DNA of 64,000 nt from Octopus sinensis (taxonomy: Eukaryota): positions 27,590,001 to 27,654,000 of the forward strand of contig NC_042997.1 in assembly GCF_006345805.1 (NCBI RefSeq). The letters are read 5' to 3'. Every line of letters begins with the position of its first letter. The first letter of the stretch is position 1. A program made the translations under genes and the position numbers. Shown piece after piece: positions 63,815-64,000 of the stretch. The notes under the pieces were generated by a model. It did not search any database and was not told where the DNA came from. It saw nothing but the letters and a program-made list of their open reading frames with translations.

Positions 63815-64000
63815 TATATTTATATATAAAGAGTGAAGTTGTGTGTCGTCTCCTACGATTTAGATTCCTAACTACTCCACATTTTGCGGTGCAGTGTAGC
63901 CAAAACCGAGTATCTTATAGTCGGAGTCATATCGAGCCTTGGGTATTAGCGCGCGTCTACGATGAGTCTACGATTTTTAAAAAAATTTACCATCATATTT
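63815..64000 (+). mobile_element. Helitron-like element 5' part, cut by the window edge
   Basis: cgatttagattcctaactactcccacattttgcggtgcag shared with 16799-17311. Confidence 0.75.

Overview
AT-rich, microsatellite-dense animal genomic DNA, very likely octopus (inferred from the SINE families, repeat landscape and tandem IL-17 genes). The host content is part of a tandem interleukin-17-like (IL-17) cytokine cluster. Two apparently intact two-exon genes (15860-19860 and 45672-48673, + strand, about 86% identical proteins) sit in two paralogous segmental units (A about 7.8-24 kb, B about 30.6-52.4 kb). Their 15-bp first coding exon and TATA promoter are missed by the ORF track. A third, more divergent and frameshifted IL-17 lies at about 58.4-58.95 kb. 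Bases 1-2140 are the downstream flank of a further unit, which predicts another IL-17 just left of the window. The rest is mobile DNA: five 5'-truncated Tx1/L1-clade retrotransposons all embedded in (TATC)n tracts, an RTE-clade LINE with a twin-priming-type inversion, CR1 and Penelope-like (PLE, GIY-YIG) fragments, Tc1/mariner relics, non-autonomous Helitrons and at least four tRNA-derived SINE families. Also present are several short repeats with minimal type I hammerhead-ribozyme topology (some with a compensatory U3:A8 core), many long fold-back inverted repeats, a 52-bp minisatellite born from a single-copy sequence, and a 36-bp perfect palindrome fused to a 60-bp 28S rRNA fragment. The right end (beyond about 51 kb) shows signs of lower base accuracy. 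All alignments were done by eye, so boundaries are approximate unless stated.
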